From: Octopus sinensis
Lineage: Eukaryota
Length of the DNA: 64,000 bases
NCBI RefSeq assembly: GCF_006345805.1
Contig: NC_042997.1
Location: 194,184,001-194,248,000 of the forward strand
Direction of reading: 5' to 3'
A program made the position numbers and the translations under genes. The first letter of the stretch is position 1; the number at the start of each line of letters is the position of its first letter. Positions 51,660 to 63,590 of this stretch are shown here, piece after piece. The notes beneath the pieces are model-generated. The model saw only the letters and a list, made by a program, of their open reading frames with translations, ran no database searches and was not told where the DNA came from.

Positions 51660-52700
51660 CGGTCTCAGATCGAATCACTTGCCTAACAAGTACCTCTCCC
51701 AAATATCAAAAAGAATTTATCTGACAATGGTTTCAGTATTCAGTCTTGCTAAGTCAACAAGTCGGGTTTGAGACATGATTAAACTTCAAAACATTTTTGA
51801 TATCTTTTCATTTTTTGTTAAAAGTTCTTTCTGTTGATACTATTACACGGGGAATTCTCAAGCAAACACAAACATTTGGAAATATCTCTGAAAGTTTGTA
51901 GTCGCTTAACAGATTTAGAAATTCTAAAATGCTCAATTCTGGTTTTCCGTAATTTGTTTTATCTACTAATACTAAATATTTCCTTTCTGTTACAAAATCT
52001 TCGTCGTTAATATATAGGTGTTCTAACATTTTCGCTTTTTTATTATTATTTTCTAGCTTACATCCAAGCATTGTGGGATATTTCCACAAAGCATAAGAAT
52101 TTTCATTCAACTATTATCATTAAAACGTAATTAATCTGAAATAAAATTGTCAATCAAAACATAAAACGCAAATTTGCTGGAGTAGGTTTCTTAGCGAGTC
52201 ATTTATCTATTCGACAAGGGGTGTTAAGCCATCGTGTACCCCTCTCTTCCTATTCACGTTTCCATACCGTTACGAGAGTTTGATTTCCATCTTAAGATCT
52301 GACGCCACCTCCTTGGCCTCCTTCCAGTTGTTTTGTAACTTCAAATAATCTACAAGGAGAGTTTTAATGTTAGATAACTCCTTATCCAATATGGCATCTC
52401 TAGCTTCAATGACCTTGCTACAAATATCTATCGGAGCCAACATGTTTATACCACACAACAGACATTATCACACAAAAATTTTACGTATGATAATGCTCTA
52501 ATCACTTAATTCTTTGTATTGGTTGGTAATCTCCGAAAAATCTTGCAATACTAACTGAATTCTGGTTAGGGGAAATGCAAGAGGTTTGATACTTTTAAGC
52601 CTATCAGACCACCCGCTTTTTTTCACATGGCGTGTAAAGAATAACCGATTCTGTTAAGTGATTTCCATCGTTTAGAACTGATGCTGCTATTACAAGAGAA
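51660..52700 (-). mobile_element. Degraded hAT transposase
   Basis: LSEIFPNVCVCLRIP..STERTF..SQTRLVDLARLNTE matches the hAT C-terminal dimerisation domain; upstream helical segment SKVIEARD..IKTL. Confidence 0.72.
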
Positions 52701-53045
52701 ATTCGTTTTACATAATTAAAACACAGAATTCACTGTACACCAATATAATGGGGCTTTCAAAAAATATATAATAAACTCCAAAGACCTTTCCGTCTCTTCC
52801 AATTCAGATTGCAAATCAAAAATGACGCCGTAAATCTATGTGAAAGCATAAGAAAGAAAACTAAACACAAGCGCAGACATGTTTGTGTGGTAAAGAAGTT
52901 TACTTTACAACCATGTGGTTTCGGGTTCGGTCCCATTGCGCCGCTGTACCTTGCGCTTCTAGAAGGCTGACCGATGCCTTCTGAGTGTATCTGGTAGACG
53001 AAAACAGGGTGGAAGCCCGTTGTATATATGTATATATATATATAC

Positions 53046-53206
53046 ATGATAGATCGCTAGCCACTACACATTCTTTATTTTCTCTCCTTGTTTCTTTCTG
53101 TGTTCCTTTCTGTGGAAGAGCGTAGGCTCGAAACGTTAAAGACTTTTCACTTCCCAAGCGTTATACTAATACATCTGTTTGTTGTCTACACCACCTGTCT
53201 TTATCT
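53046..53206 (+). mobile_element. Penelope-LTR-like element, copy 3, inside the (TA)n of SINE-A 52865-53535
   Basis: Hammerhead-like motif at 53110-53138. Confidence 0.65.
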
Positions 53207-53252
53207 TTTTTTTTGGGGGGGGGGGTTGGATAGATAGATAGATTGACAGATT

Positions 53253-53325
<73 letters not shown>

Positions 53326-53826
53326 TTAGATGTGTGTGTGTGTTTTCCACCTCTTCTTGATAACCGACATTTGTTTTGCGTACGTCCCTGTAACATAGCA
53401 GTTCGGTAAAAGAAAATGATAGAATAAGTACCACTTAAAACGTATAAATACTGGGGTCAATTTGCTCGACTAAAACCCTTCAAAGTCGGTGCTCCAGTAT
53501 GGCCGCAGTCCAGTGACTGAAATAAATAAAAGATATGTTTAAACGTACCTCTTGTAATAACTGTAATTCACTCGCCTTAATGAGAAGACACGCGGTGGCC
53601 TGATGATTAGGGTTAAGGTCGTGATCCCAGTTTCCAGGCTGGGTGCTGTGTTGTATCCTTGGTTAAGGAACTTTATTTCACATCGCTCCAGTCCGCTCAG
53701 CATGTAGAAAATAAGTTTTGAGCCTTGGCTGAACGCAGTAGTGTTAACGAGTCATTGATATGGCCCCCAAAACCTTCAGTTACGAAGAGGGACACATTCA
53801 GAGGTAGAGTGCAATATTCCTATGTA

Positions 53827-54059
53827 AAGGTGGCGAGCTGGCAGAACTGTTAGCACGCCGGGCGAAATTCGTAGCCGTATTTCGTCTGCCGTTACGTTCC
53901 GGGTTCAAATTCAGCCGAGGTCAACTTTGCCTTTCATCCTTTCAGGGTCGATTAAATTAAGTACCAGTTACGCACTGGGATCGAAGTAATCGACTTAATT
54001 CGTTTGTCTGTCCTTGTTTGTCTCCTCTATGTTTAGCCCCTTGTGGGTAATAAAGAAAC
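53827..54059 (+). mobile_element. SINE family B, full length, T tail
   Basis: TSD aatattcctat on both sides. Confidence 0.9.
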
Positions 54060-54398
54060 AAATATTCCTATCTTCACACTTTTTTTTATTAGCGGTCGAT
54101 ATATGGAATATAAAAAGTAGATAGGCGACATATGGACGACGGCTTGGGTATACCTGATCTTTATCAAGAATGTTCAAGCAGTAGAGTAAACAGCAGAAGA
54201 CTTGGAAGTCTTTAACAGTCTTATTATAACGCGTCCATTAGCGAAAAATACGAATATCTTTGCATGCGATTTCTTAAGAGAAAAAAAAACCTTGTTTAGA
54301 GAATGACCGAGAATAAATTTGTAAATTTGTCTTGTCATTGTTTCATTTTTGCATTTGATCTGCAAGTTTCCTGATGTGAACTCGAGTGTTGAGACATA

Positions 54399-54770
54399 TC
54401 TCTCTATATATATAAAGCTGAAGTTGTCTGTGTATGGCAGGTTTGGTAGCCTTCAACTAACACTATCTCCTCCGAGACCCTGAGAATATGATAGAAGAAG
54501 GCTTGCTCTTCCTTCCATAGAAGAAAAAATTCAAATCGGACCATGTTAATACCAAAAATTATTTACATCAAAAAGGTGCTTTTTTTCTATGAAAATCCCT
54601 ATTTTTTACGATTTTTTTACTGCTGTGTCGCCATTTTTCGGTGTATTTCAACCAGAAAAATGTTCACTTAAAGAGAATAACAAGCTACATAATGCAAAAT
54701 TTTTACTTTTCAAAAATTCCAATTCTAAAGGGTCGAAACAAACCCGAGCAACGTTGGGCGATACTGCTAA
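54399..54770 (+). mobile_element. Mini-Helitron, copy 2
   Basis: A|TC start, hairpin cccgagcaacgttggg, CTAA|T end; small internal deletion relative to 7103-7491. Confidence 0.78.
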
Positions 54771-55415
54771 TTTCCTGATATCGCGGAAGAGGCATTATAC
54801 GAATAATAACCATGCACTTGTTCTATTTCAGTTCTCTAAGTATATTTATCGATTGGTTAAGCATTTAACAATTAATTAATCGGTTGTTTGGTTAATCGTT
54901 CCGAAAAATTAGCTAATCAGCTAAGTTTTTGTGATCTTGTCAAAGACATGTCCGCTCTCCTCCAGATCCGCTTCAAGTTTGTCTGTCTACACGTCCTAAT
55001 GCGTTGATTTCAGACAATGAATCGTGGCAAAGAATTACGCTGACTTTTGTCGGTGATGAAGGGTTGAATTACGATGATCGCTGCCATTTCCTCTCCTCTC
55101 TGCATAACTGTTTTTAGTTAGTATGCCCTCTGCATTAAATATCTTAACATTAACTTAACACAATGCTGTATCTATGGTCTATTACTGAGATGTCATAGTT
55201 AGAATATTTATTATAATGTTATTTACATATTTGACTTATATTTACGATAAGTATTTGAAAATAACTACACTTTGATCTTTACTAACAAAATGAAATAGAG
55301 ATAGTCTATTGTTTTATTAGGGCCCAGGGTGACCTTGTAAATAACATTAAACAAAAAAATAATAAATGTTGAGTTGGTTTTTTTTCTGAAGAAAAGTTCA
55401 TGTTTTTACTTTCAG

Positions 55416-55462
55416 GAGAAAACGATGCACAAACTGTTACAGAAATAGAAGAAAAGCTGAAA
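55416..55462 (+). CDS. COL26A1-like: Exon of COL26A1/EMID1-like gene: start of C-terminal coiled coil
   Basis: Acceptor tttttactttcAG, donor AAA|GTAAGT; 47 nt, phase 1 to 0; (G)ENDAQTVTEIEEKLK, in frame with both neighbouring exons. Confidence 0.82.
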
Positions 55463-55527
55463 GTAAGTCTCTTCATATATATTGATTTCAATCATAACAA
55501 CAACAACAACAATAATAATAATGATAA

Positions 55528-56128
55528 TTCGTTCGTTTATTGACCACAAGGGCTAACAAAAATCAATTAAAACATAAAGGGACAAAACACAGGACGAAAG
55601 TTACAAAGGGTTTTGTCTGTTTGAAAAAGTCTGTGTACAAAAGCAAGATGACAACGAAATACATGTAACAATTAAAACTCCCAATAGGGTGAGGCGCTTC
55701 GAAAGGTTACTCGTGGAAAAACCCATAAAAGCCACGGGAGCCTGGTCAAAAGGGGGGTAGAGAGCCCCTTTCTCCTTTTATATTTCCTTTTAATTTTTCA
55801 CAGATGTATCCTCAGAATTGGTCCGTTCATACTGGCCATTCTTGCGACATTCACCCACCTTTCAATAAACTTGCTACCAGACATCACTTCCCTCTCTACT
55901 CTCATCTTCCTTTTCAAGTGAAACTTGAAAAAGTTGATGAGGCCTTGGCCGAAGAGGAAAGTGTCTGCCCTTAGCCCTTTCAAACGGGTCCATTATATCA
56001 CCTCTTTCGCTACAGCCACTAGGCAAACTGCCTTGCTCTCCCGGTTAAAGGAGGTCGGTGGGGCAATCCTCACTATGGATTCAGCTGATAGCCGGATCCG
56101 TCCTATACGCGACAGTAGCTGTTCGAAT
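55528..56128 (-). mobile_element. L1/Tx1-like LINE 3' fragment
   Basis: VAVAKEVI*WTRLKGL..FFKFHLKRKMRVER..FIERW resembles Tx1-type ORF2 C-termini (W-x-x-R..F..W); T-rich 3' UTR; clade call from memory. Confidence 0.55.
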
Positions 56129-56130
56129 AT

Positions 56131-56320
56131 CTCGAGAAGTACGTGGAACAAATAGGGGCTGCAATAAGGGTGGAGCACTTGCAGAAAACAGCACTGCTTG
56201 GAACCGCTCGAATACTCCGGAAGGTGCTCGAAAATTAAGAGGTGTTACCTTAGTTCGCTGGTAATGAACAGCTGACACTGTATTACATCTCCAGCGTTAG
56301 AAGCTGTGCAAAGGCAATAA
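56131..56320 (+). mobile_element. R4/Dong-clade 3' end
   Basis: LEKYVEQIGAAIRVEHLQKTALLGTARILRKVLEN*, same UTR as 3174-3270, ends in (AAT)n. Confidence 0.88.
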
Positions 56321-56338
56321 ATAATAATAATAATAATA

Positions 56339-56374
<36 letters not shown>

Positions 56375-56684
56375 GTGGTGGTGGTGGTGGTGGTGACGAC
56401 GACGACGAGGAGGAGGGGGAGGACTGATGGTGGGCTAAGCGCTAATATCAACCAACATGGGAGTGTCCGCATTTCGTGCGATTCACTGAAGGAAGGGAAA
56501 AAAATAAAGAAAAAGGGGGAAAAAAACATGAATGAAATATGGTTAGGGTGAGAGAAAAAGAATCCTGAAGCGAATGACGCTACCGTGAGATGAATAATTA
56601 ACCAGGTTATGGAAGACGACATGCCCCGTCACACCTAAGCAGTCGGTTGTCTACTTGGCTTCGCTGTCGTCTGCCGCTTCCATT

Positions 56685-56749
<65 letters not shown>

Positions 56750-57565
56750 TTGTTACTCTCTCTCACTCTCTATTACTCTCTCTCACGCTCTATCTCTCTC
56801 TGTTACTCTCTCTCCCTCTGCCTCTCTCCATCTCTCTCTCTCTCTCTCTCTCTTATTCTCTCACTTTTTCTCTTTCACTCACTCTAGCTTTCTCCCCTTC
56901 ACTCATTCTCTCACTCTTACTCTCTTATAGCTATCCGCTTGTTGTCTACTCGATTTCACTGTCGTCTGCTTCTTCCAATTCCCCCTTTCTCCATTACCTT
57001 CTCACTCTGTCTTCTTTCTCCCCTCTTACTCTTTCTCTCACGCGCGCGTGATTTCTCTGTCGTCTAATCTCTTCCTTTAACCTCCCTTTCTACCCTTCCC
57101 TCACTCACTCTCTCCCAATCTCTCACCCTCCCTCTCACTTTCTCACTTTCACTCCCCCTCTCTCTATCACTCTATCTCTATCTATCTCCTCCCTACACAT
57201 TAACTTGGCTGGGTTAATCGGGTGCATTAAAATGTCGTCTGCTCTTAGCATTGTGTCCAGTTAGTTCCTTTGATGAAAATATATTCATAGCATTTCCCGG
57301 TGACACGTTTTCTAAATTATTTCCTTACTCGTTATTCTATTCGACGACTTTAAACAAACAATAACTTAACATGTTGCCATTTATAACTAGGCCAACCATT
57401 TCTTTTCCTTTCTATTTTTTTTTTACTTCCATATAATCTTTTTTCCCAGACACCACTGGAGAATTTGTAAAGGTATGAATATGTCTGTCGTCATTCTGTT
57501 AAAAGTCGATATAATATCTTCACACAATAATTCATAAAAAATATTCATATTTTCATTGTGTATGC

Positions 57566-57632
<67 letters not shown>

Positions 57633-57869
57633 CGCACGCACACACACGTACACACACATTCTTTTATTTAGTCATTTTGCTGCGGCCATGCTAGAGCACC
57701 ACCTTGTTGGGTTTAGTCGAATAAACCGACGCCAGTAATTATTCTAAGTTGCAGACGTCTTCTATTGGACTCTTTGGCTAAATCGCTAACTTTGGGGACG
57801 TAAACAAACCGACACCTGTTGTTGCTGCTGAGACAAACTCAAAGACACGTACACATACACTTATTGATT

Positions 57870-58421
57870 TCAAATTTTGAAACAAGGCCAACAATTTCGG
57901 AGAGGGGGATAAGTCGATTACAGCGACCCCAGTGCTCAACTGACACTTGTATAATCGATCCCGGCGGCATTTGAACTCAGAAAGTCACAAGAAATGCCGC
58001 TAAGCATTTTTTTCCGGCCGGTAACGATTCTTTTCTACTCAAGGACCGAAATTTTGAGGGAGGGGCCCAGTTCGATTAGATCAACCTCAGTACACAACTG
58101 GTACTTAATTTATCGACCCCGAAAGGATGAAGGGCAAAGTCGACCTCGGCGGAATTTGAACGCAGAACGTAGCGGCAGACGAAATACCTATTTCTTTACT
58201 TACCCACAAGGGGCTAAACAAAGAGGGGACAAACAAGGACAGACAAACGGATTAAGTCGATTATATCGACCCCAGTGCGTAACTGGTACTTAATTTATCG
58301 ACCCCGGAAGGATGAAAGGCAAAGTCGACCTCGGCGGAATTTGAACTCACAACGTAACGCAGACGAAATACCGCTTAGCATTTCGCCCGGCATGCTAACG
58401 TTTCTGCCAGCCATCCGCCTT
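57870..58421 (-). mobile_element. SINE-B multimer
   Basis: gaaatacc|tatttc junction near 58188; U tail joined at aacgattct near 58030. Confidence 0.82.
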
Positions 58422-58687
58422 CACGCACATGTATGCTAATGTTTGTTTTTATGTTATGATAAAAACAATTTTACATTAAATTGAAGGATTACTCAATACA
58501 TTTGGTAGAGCATAAATTTATTATTCTTTTGCTTATTATTCTTTTGGTGGTGACAGCGTCGGCGGCTACGGTGGTGGTGGCGATGATTTGGCGGGGGAGA
58601 GGGTGTTGAAGCCGGTGGTAATGGTGTCCGTTTTTGGTGTTCGGTATTGCTGGTGGTAGTCATGGTTGTCCTGATAGTGATTTGCAT

Positions 58688-58920
58688 TGATGGTGGTAGA
58701 GGTGGTGGTGTTGGTGGTGGTGGTGCGGCGGCGGTGATGGTGGTGGTGGTAGTGGTCCTGGTGGTCCTGGTGGTGGTCCTGGTGGTGGTCCTGGTGGTCC
58801 TGGTGGTGGTCCTGGTGGTGGTCCTGGCGGTGGTCCTGGTGGTGGTCCTGGTGGTGGTGGTGGTGCTGCTGATGGTGGTGGTGATGGTGGTGCTGGTGGT
58901 GGTGGAGGCGGCGGTGGCGA
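58688..58920. repeat. (GGT)n / (GGTGGTCCT)n tract
   Basis: Direct reading. Confidence 0.95.
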
Positions 58921-60735
58921 CAGTTAGCTTCAGGCCTGAGGTTTTAAAAAAAAAATATACAGCAGTATATGATTTGAGGAAGATTAAGCATCTATTTCTA
59001 CCAGGTCGAGCACACTATTTATAAAAGTATTTTCTCTTTGGCTGGATCGGTGGGATTAGCTGTTTATACATAAAGTGATGTGTAAAACTCGAGTCTTGAC
59101 ATAACTAAGTCAAAAAACAACCCCAAAATAACAATGGTATTTAATAACACCTTTACTTTATTTTATGAATTGTTTCCTACAATGGAACCCACACGACATT
59201 TAGAATATTCGAGTCATTAATAAAAAAAATGATGTTCCTATAAAATACGAGACAGTTAATTAGATATTATAGTCGCCAGAATTTGGAGTCTTGGAAGCCT
59301 CAATAACCACAATCTTACTACTGTTTCGGTTGTTTAAAAAAAAAGAGAAAAAAACAATGGGTTACAACAATTAACCCTCTTGTTGACCCCTTTTCTTCTT
59401 GATGTTGTTTCTGACAGACAAGCGGTGATGACACAAACAAAGACGAGAATGTGTAAACGGATAAGTCACGTGTTGTCATAAGACTGTTGAGGTGTCGGCA
59501 AGTCCGTAATGGCGCCTGCAAACTCACTGGTGTGAATCTGAAGAAAGACTTTCGACAAAGCTAGACGAATATGCCCAAAAGTTTAAATAAGCACGTCTAT
59601 ACCGACATATAAATCGCAAGCATTTTTTTATTCGTTTCTTGTTTAAGGTACTACCGCCACCCCCAACATTCTCTCAGACGATTATAAACTGAATCCATTT
59701 CAATGGCGACAAATTACGGAAGCAACAGAAATATATATTTATTGCAGTAGTTATTATTGTATTTGTATTTATTGTTATTGCATTATTTGTTCGAAATGTC
59801 CCCCTTTAACCTGACAGCTAAACTAAACGATGTTTATAAGCGGAGTGGGTGTATATGAAGAAGGAGTAGGATGGTAATGAATTAACCAACAGAAAAGTTA
59901 AGTTCGGCCATTTTGTTTTTTTTTTATAAAAAAAGAAAAATAGAAAAAGGAAATACCAAGTAACACCAACTTTTGTGCTTTCATGTTTACCTCTGACTTC
60001 CCATGTTGCAAAAGTAGGTGGAATAACCGAAGTCTCATTAAGTTATAGATTATATATAGTGTGTAACAGGCCGTTATTACCACATTTGCATATAAGGTAC
60101 ACTTTTTCCTCAAAAAAATGTCTCCAAAAAATATCCCTGAGTCCTCCTATATGCGAGGTTGACGGCCAATATTACATACTTTAATGCACTAAAAATTTTT
60201 TTGGTGAATATGTGCTACTGAATTAGGGATGCATCTAATGTACCCGTGTGTCCCCAGTTAGCTTCGGTCGAGAATACCTATAAGTCAGACGGATGTGATT
60301 TGTGGGAGATTTTGGCTGTTAGTTTTACCTTGTAGATCAGTGGGTCTCAACCTTTTGTTGTTTAGTGACTCCTTTCACAAAATGGCGTTTTACAAACGCC
60401 TCTGCCCTGTTTTCTATAAACGAAAAACGAAAAACAGCAGATCGTCTTAATCAAACAGAAGTTAATTTTGCAGAATGGTTTTATATCTACATATTATATG
60501 TTTTAAACCAGCGAGTACCATCTTTTGGATATTTCTCTCTTCTACCATTTACTTGTTTTAGTCATTGGATTGCAGCCATATTAGGGCACCATCTTAGAGA
60601 ATTTGGTCGAGCAAATCGACCGTAGAACATATTTTTAGTCTTCTACTTATTCTATCCGTCTTTTGCCGCATCGCCAAGTTACATAGACTTAAACAAATCA
60701 AAGTGAGTTATCAAGCGGTGGGAGGGCAAACACAC

Positions 60736-60781
<46 letters not shown>

Positions 60782-60852
60782 TACATACAACAATAACAAT
60801 ATTCATACATACAACACACACACATACATATATACAGGCATACATACACTTC

Positions 60853-61032
60853 CTAAAGGAACATTACTAAAATCCACACAGAAAGATCAAATACATATAT
60901 TCATATATTCATTTATATCTACAGAACAGATAAAAAGTCCGACGATTAAAAATATAATAATAATATAAATGAATATATGAATATATTTATGTATTTGATC
61001 TTTCTGTGTGGATTTTAGTAGTGTTCCTTTAG
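60853..61032. repeat. Inverted repeat hairpin, 66/70-bp arms, 44-bp loop
   Basis: 60853-60918 versus 60963-61032: one mismatch and one 4-bp indel. Confidence 0.92.
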
Positions 61033-61048
61033 TTACTGCTCGCATTTA

Positions 61049-61280
61049 TATTTCTTTATTGCCCACAGGGGTCTGAACATAGAGGGGACAAACAAGAACG
61101 AACAAAGGGATTAAGTCGATTACATCGACCCCAGTGTGTAACTGGTACTTATTTAATCGACCCCGAAAGGATGAAAGGCAAAGTCGACCTCGGCGGAATT
61201 TGAACTCAGAACGTAGCGGCAGACGAAATACTGCTAAGTATTTCGCCTGGCGTGCTAACGATTCTGCCAGCTCACCGCCT
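61049..61280 (-). mobile_element. SINE family B, full length, T tail, 18-bp TSD
   Basis: TSD ttagttactgctcgcatt at 61029-61046 and 61288-61305. Confidence 0.92.
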
Positions 61281-61485
61281 TAGTTACTTAGTTACTGCTC
61301 GCATTGCCTCCGCTCAGATTAAGAAATGGAACATAGCTCATTTGGAGCACTACAACTCCAGTCTGTTTTATATTTGGAGTATTGTTATTACTAGCGATCT
61401 CTAGATATAATTGTGTATTTTGTATTTCATGCATACATACATACATACATACATACATACATACATACATACATACATACATACA

Positions 61486-61517
<32 letters not shown>

Positions 61518-61526
61518 GCAACAACA

Positions 61527-61932
61527 GTGGAGGCGCAATGGCCGATTGATAACGCAGCGGACTCGCGGTCGGAGGATCGCGGTTTCGATTCCCAGACCGG
61601 GCGTTGTGTGGGTTTATTGAGCGAAAACACCTAAAAGTTCCACGAGGCTCCGGCAGGGAGTGGTGGCGACCCCTGTTGTACTCTTTCGCTCCAACTTTCT
61701 CTCACTCTTTCTTCCTGTTTCTTGTCCCCGACTTCCTACGCAACTGCTGAGCCTGGATGCGCATTCATCCATCCGTCGATGCTCTTGGTGTTGGGGGTTG
61801 ACCTGCTTTCTCTTCTGCGGGTTTTACGAATAGCAAAGGACCACGTTTCGGATTTCTCCCACTACAGAGGCGCTGTCTTGCGAGCTCTGGGACGAAGACC
61901 GCTTCACTCAACAAACAAACAAACAAACAAAC
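61527..61932 (+). mobile_element. SINE family D
   Basis: Match to 21644-22026; TSD agcaacaaca. Confidence 0.88.
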
Positions 61933-62029
61933 AGCAACAACAACTCCAAGTCTTAATATTTCTCCGTTCCAACCAAATTAACACCACGTATACATAGTCA
62001 CCACGTAAGAAAATTTCTCGAATTACTCT

Positions 62030-62900
62030 AAACCAACAAAGTAACAGACCCAAGCGATATTCTTCTCTATACTTATAGAGTTAACTCCTGTTTTCGTCAC
62101 ACGGCTCAGTAATTCCGTCTATACTTAGATTTATCTAAGTCTATCGATACACATGAGAAAAGCCTTTATGATCCTACTAAGTACCGTACTGTCGCGCTTA
62201 CGTTCAACAATACTCCTTCCCTCCTTAGCAACCATCAGTGAAGTTTCACCAGAGCTAAGCTAAAAGAGATTCTTCTTCTGTATATGTCACTGGTGACCAC
62301 TCGCCTTTTTATTCTTATTTTTACTTTGTTGGGCTTTGGTGAACTTATGAGCAATAAAGTCTTCGGCCACATCTGACATCCAAAGCTCTTAGTTAAGTCG
62401 CTTAAATCCGACCTATCTAGTAAACCTTAATTGAGAGGTGTTTTTTCCATCAGACTCGTCAAAAACAGCTTGTGATGTCGGATTTCTTTCTGACCCATAT
62501 TCTATCAACTCAGCAATTATTCAAAGTTCTGTTCTGAGCTCCACACTCTTCATTCTGTGAACAGCATCCCAAACAAGCCATTCGGCTGTTTGATTAAGGA
62601 TCATTCACAAACCGGCCAAGATCACTGATCTTGAAACATGTAGAACCTTCTCTTCGACCTTACAACTACCAATAGTTTCAAACTCTTCTGAACTGTCAAG
62701 TTACCACTACAATCCTTCAGTCTCTTAACATCTCATCATTCATTCTGTATTTTATCTCTCCCCCAACACGATCTCAAGTCCCCGCGAAATCTCTCAGCCA
62801 ACGTTCTCGCTTAGCCCCTCTCAAGTCCTCAACAAACATCACAGCCTGTTTTGTTGAGCTTCAGACCATTTCTTATCAAATAGACCAATAATCGAAAGCT
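62030..62900 (+). mobile_element. Degraded CR1/Jockey-group RT
   Basis: DPTKYRTVALT, a SKxF..HPKLLVK-like segment and SINSAIIQSSVLSSTLFIL (GVPQGS region). Confidence 0.65.
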
Positions 62901-63036
62901 TTCCATCCGTGACCATCATTTTTCAACCCCACCAGTATTTATTTAGAAGTCCGTTTGTATTCCTATATATTCTACATGTATGTGTATATGTGAGTATATA
63001 TGTTTTTATGCATAACTTTTTCTATATACTTTTCAG

Positions 63037-63154
63037 TTTCTACAAGACCAAGTCAGTCACCTACAGGGTGAAATGCTGGATATTAAGAACACATATAGTG
63101 AAGTGAGTTTGCTACGAGATAGGCTTACCTTATTGGAAAAACTTGTAATTAAAG
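63037..63154 (+). CDS. COL26A1-like: Exon of COL26A1/EMID1-like gene: C-terminal coiled coil
   Basis: Acceptor tatacttttcAG, donor AAAG|GTAAGA; 118 nt, phase 0 to 1; FLQDQVSHLQGEMLDIKNTYSEVSLLRDRLTLLEKLVIK with heptad periodicity; LRDRLTLLEKLV resembles the LAERVLILE motif of EMU proteins. The gene continues beyond the window. Confidence 0.85.
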
Positions 63155-63503
63155 GTAAGATAATTCCATTAATATTATTTGCCAATGAAATACCAAAATA
63201 TTTATTTAAATTTAAATGACTTTATTGTTACCAGAATAAACATCAGTGTATATATATATATCATATTCATTATCAGCAGTATCCGTTCAAAATAGTATTT
63301 TGTATATCTAAGTTAATGTGGATATACTATAAAAGGCCAACAATATTCGATATTCTTCTCGAGAAAGCATCTCGTATAAAAACGTATAGTGCTAAAAGGC
63401 ACAGAATTATATCAGCAGCAGACGAAAAACGCCCATCATCAGCAGTGGAATTACTAAATCTAGATTTCTGCTTCTTTGGGCGTCATCAGCAGCCAGTATC
63501 CAC

Positions 63504-63590
<87 letters not shown>

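Noticed and set aside
63420-63495. CTGATGA motifs here and at ~320, 16338 and 50892 as hammerheads or C/D boxes
   Set aside because: No helix II plus GAAA and no convincing terminal stem.
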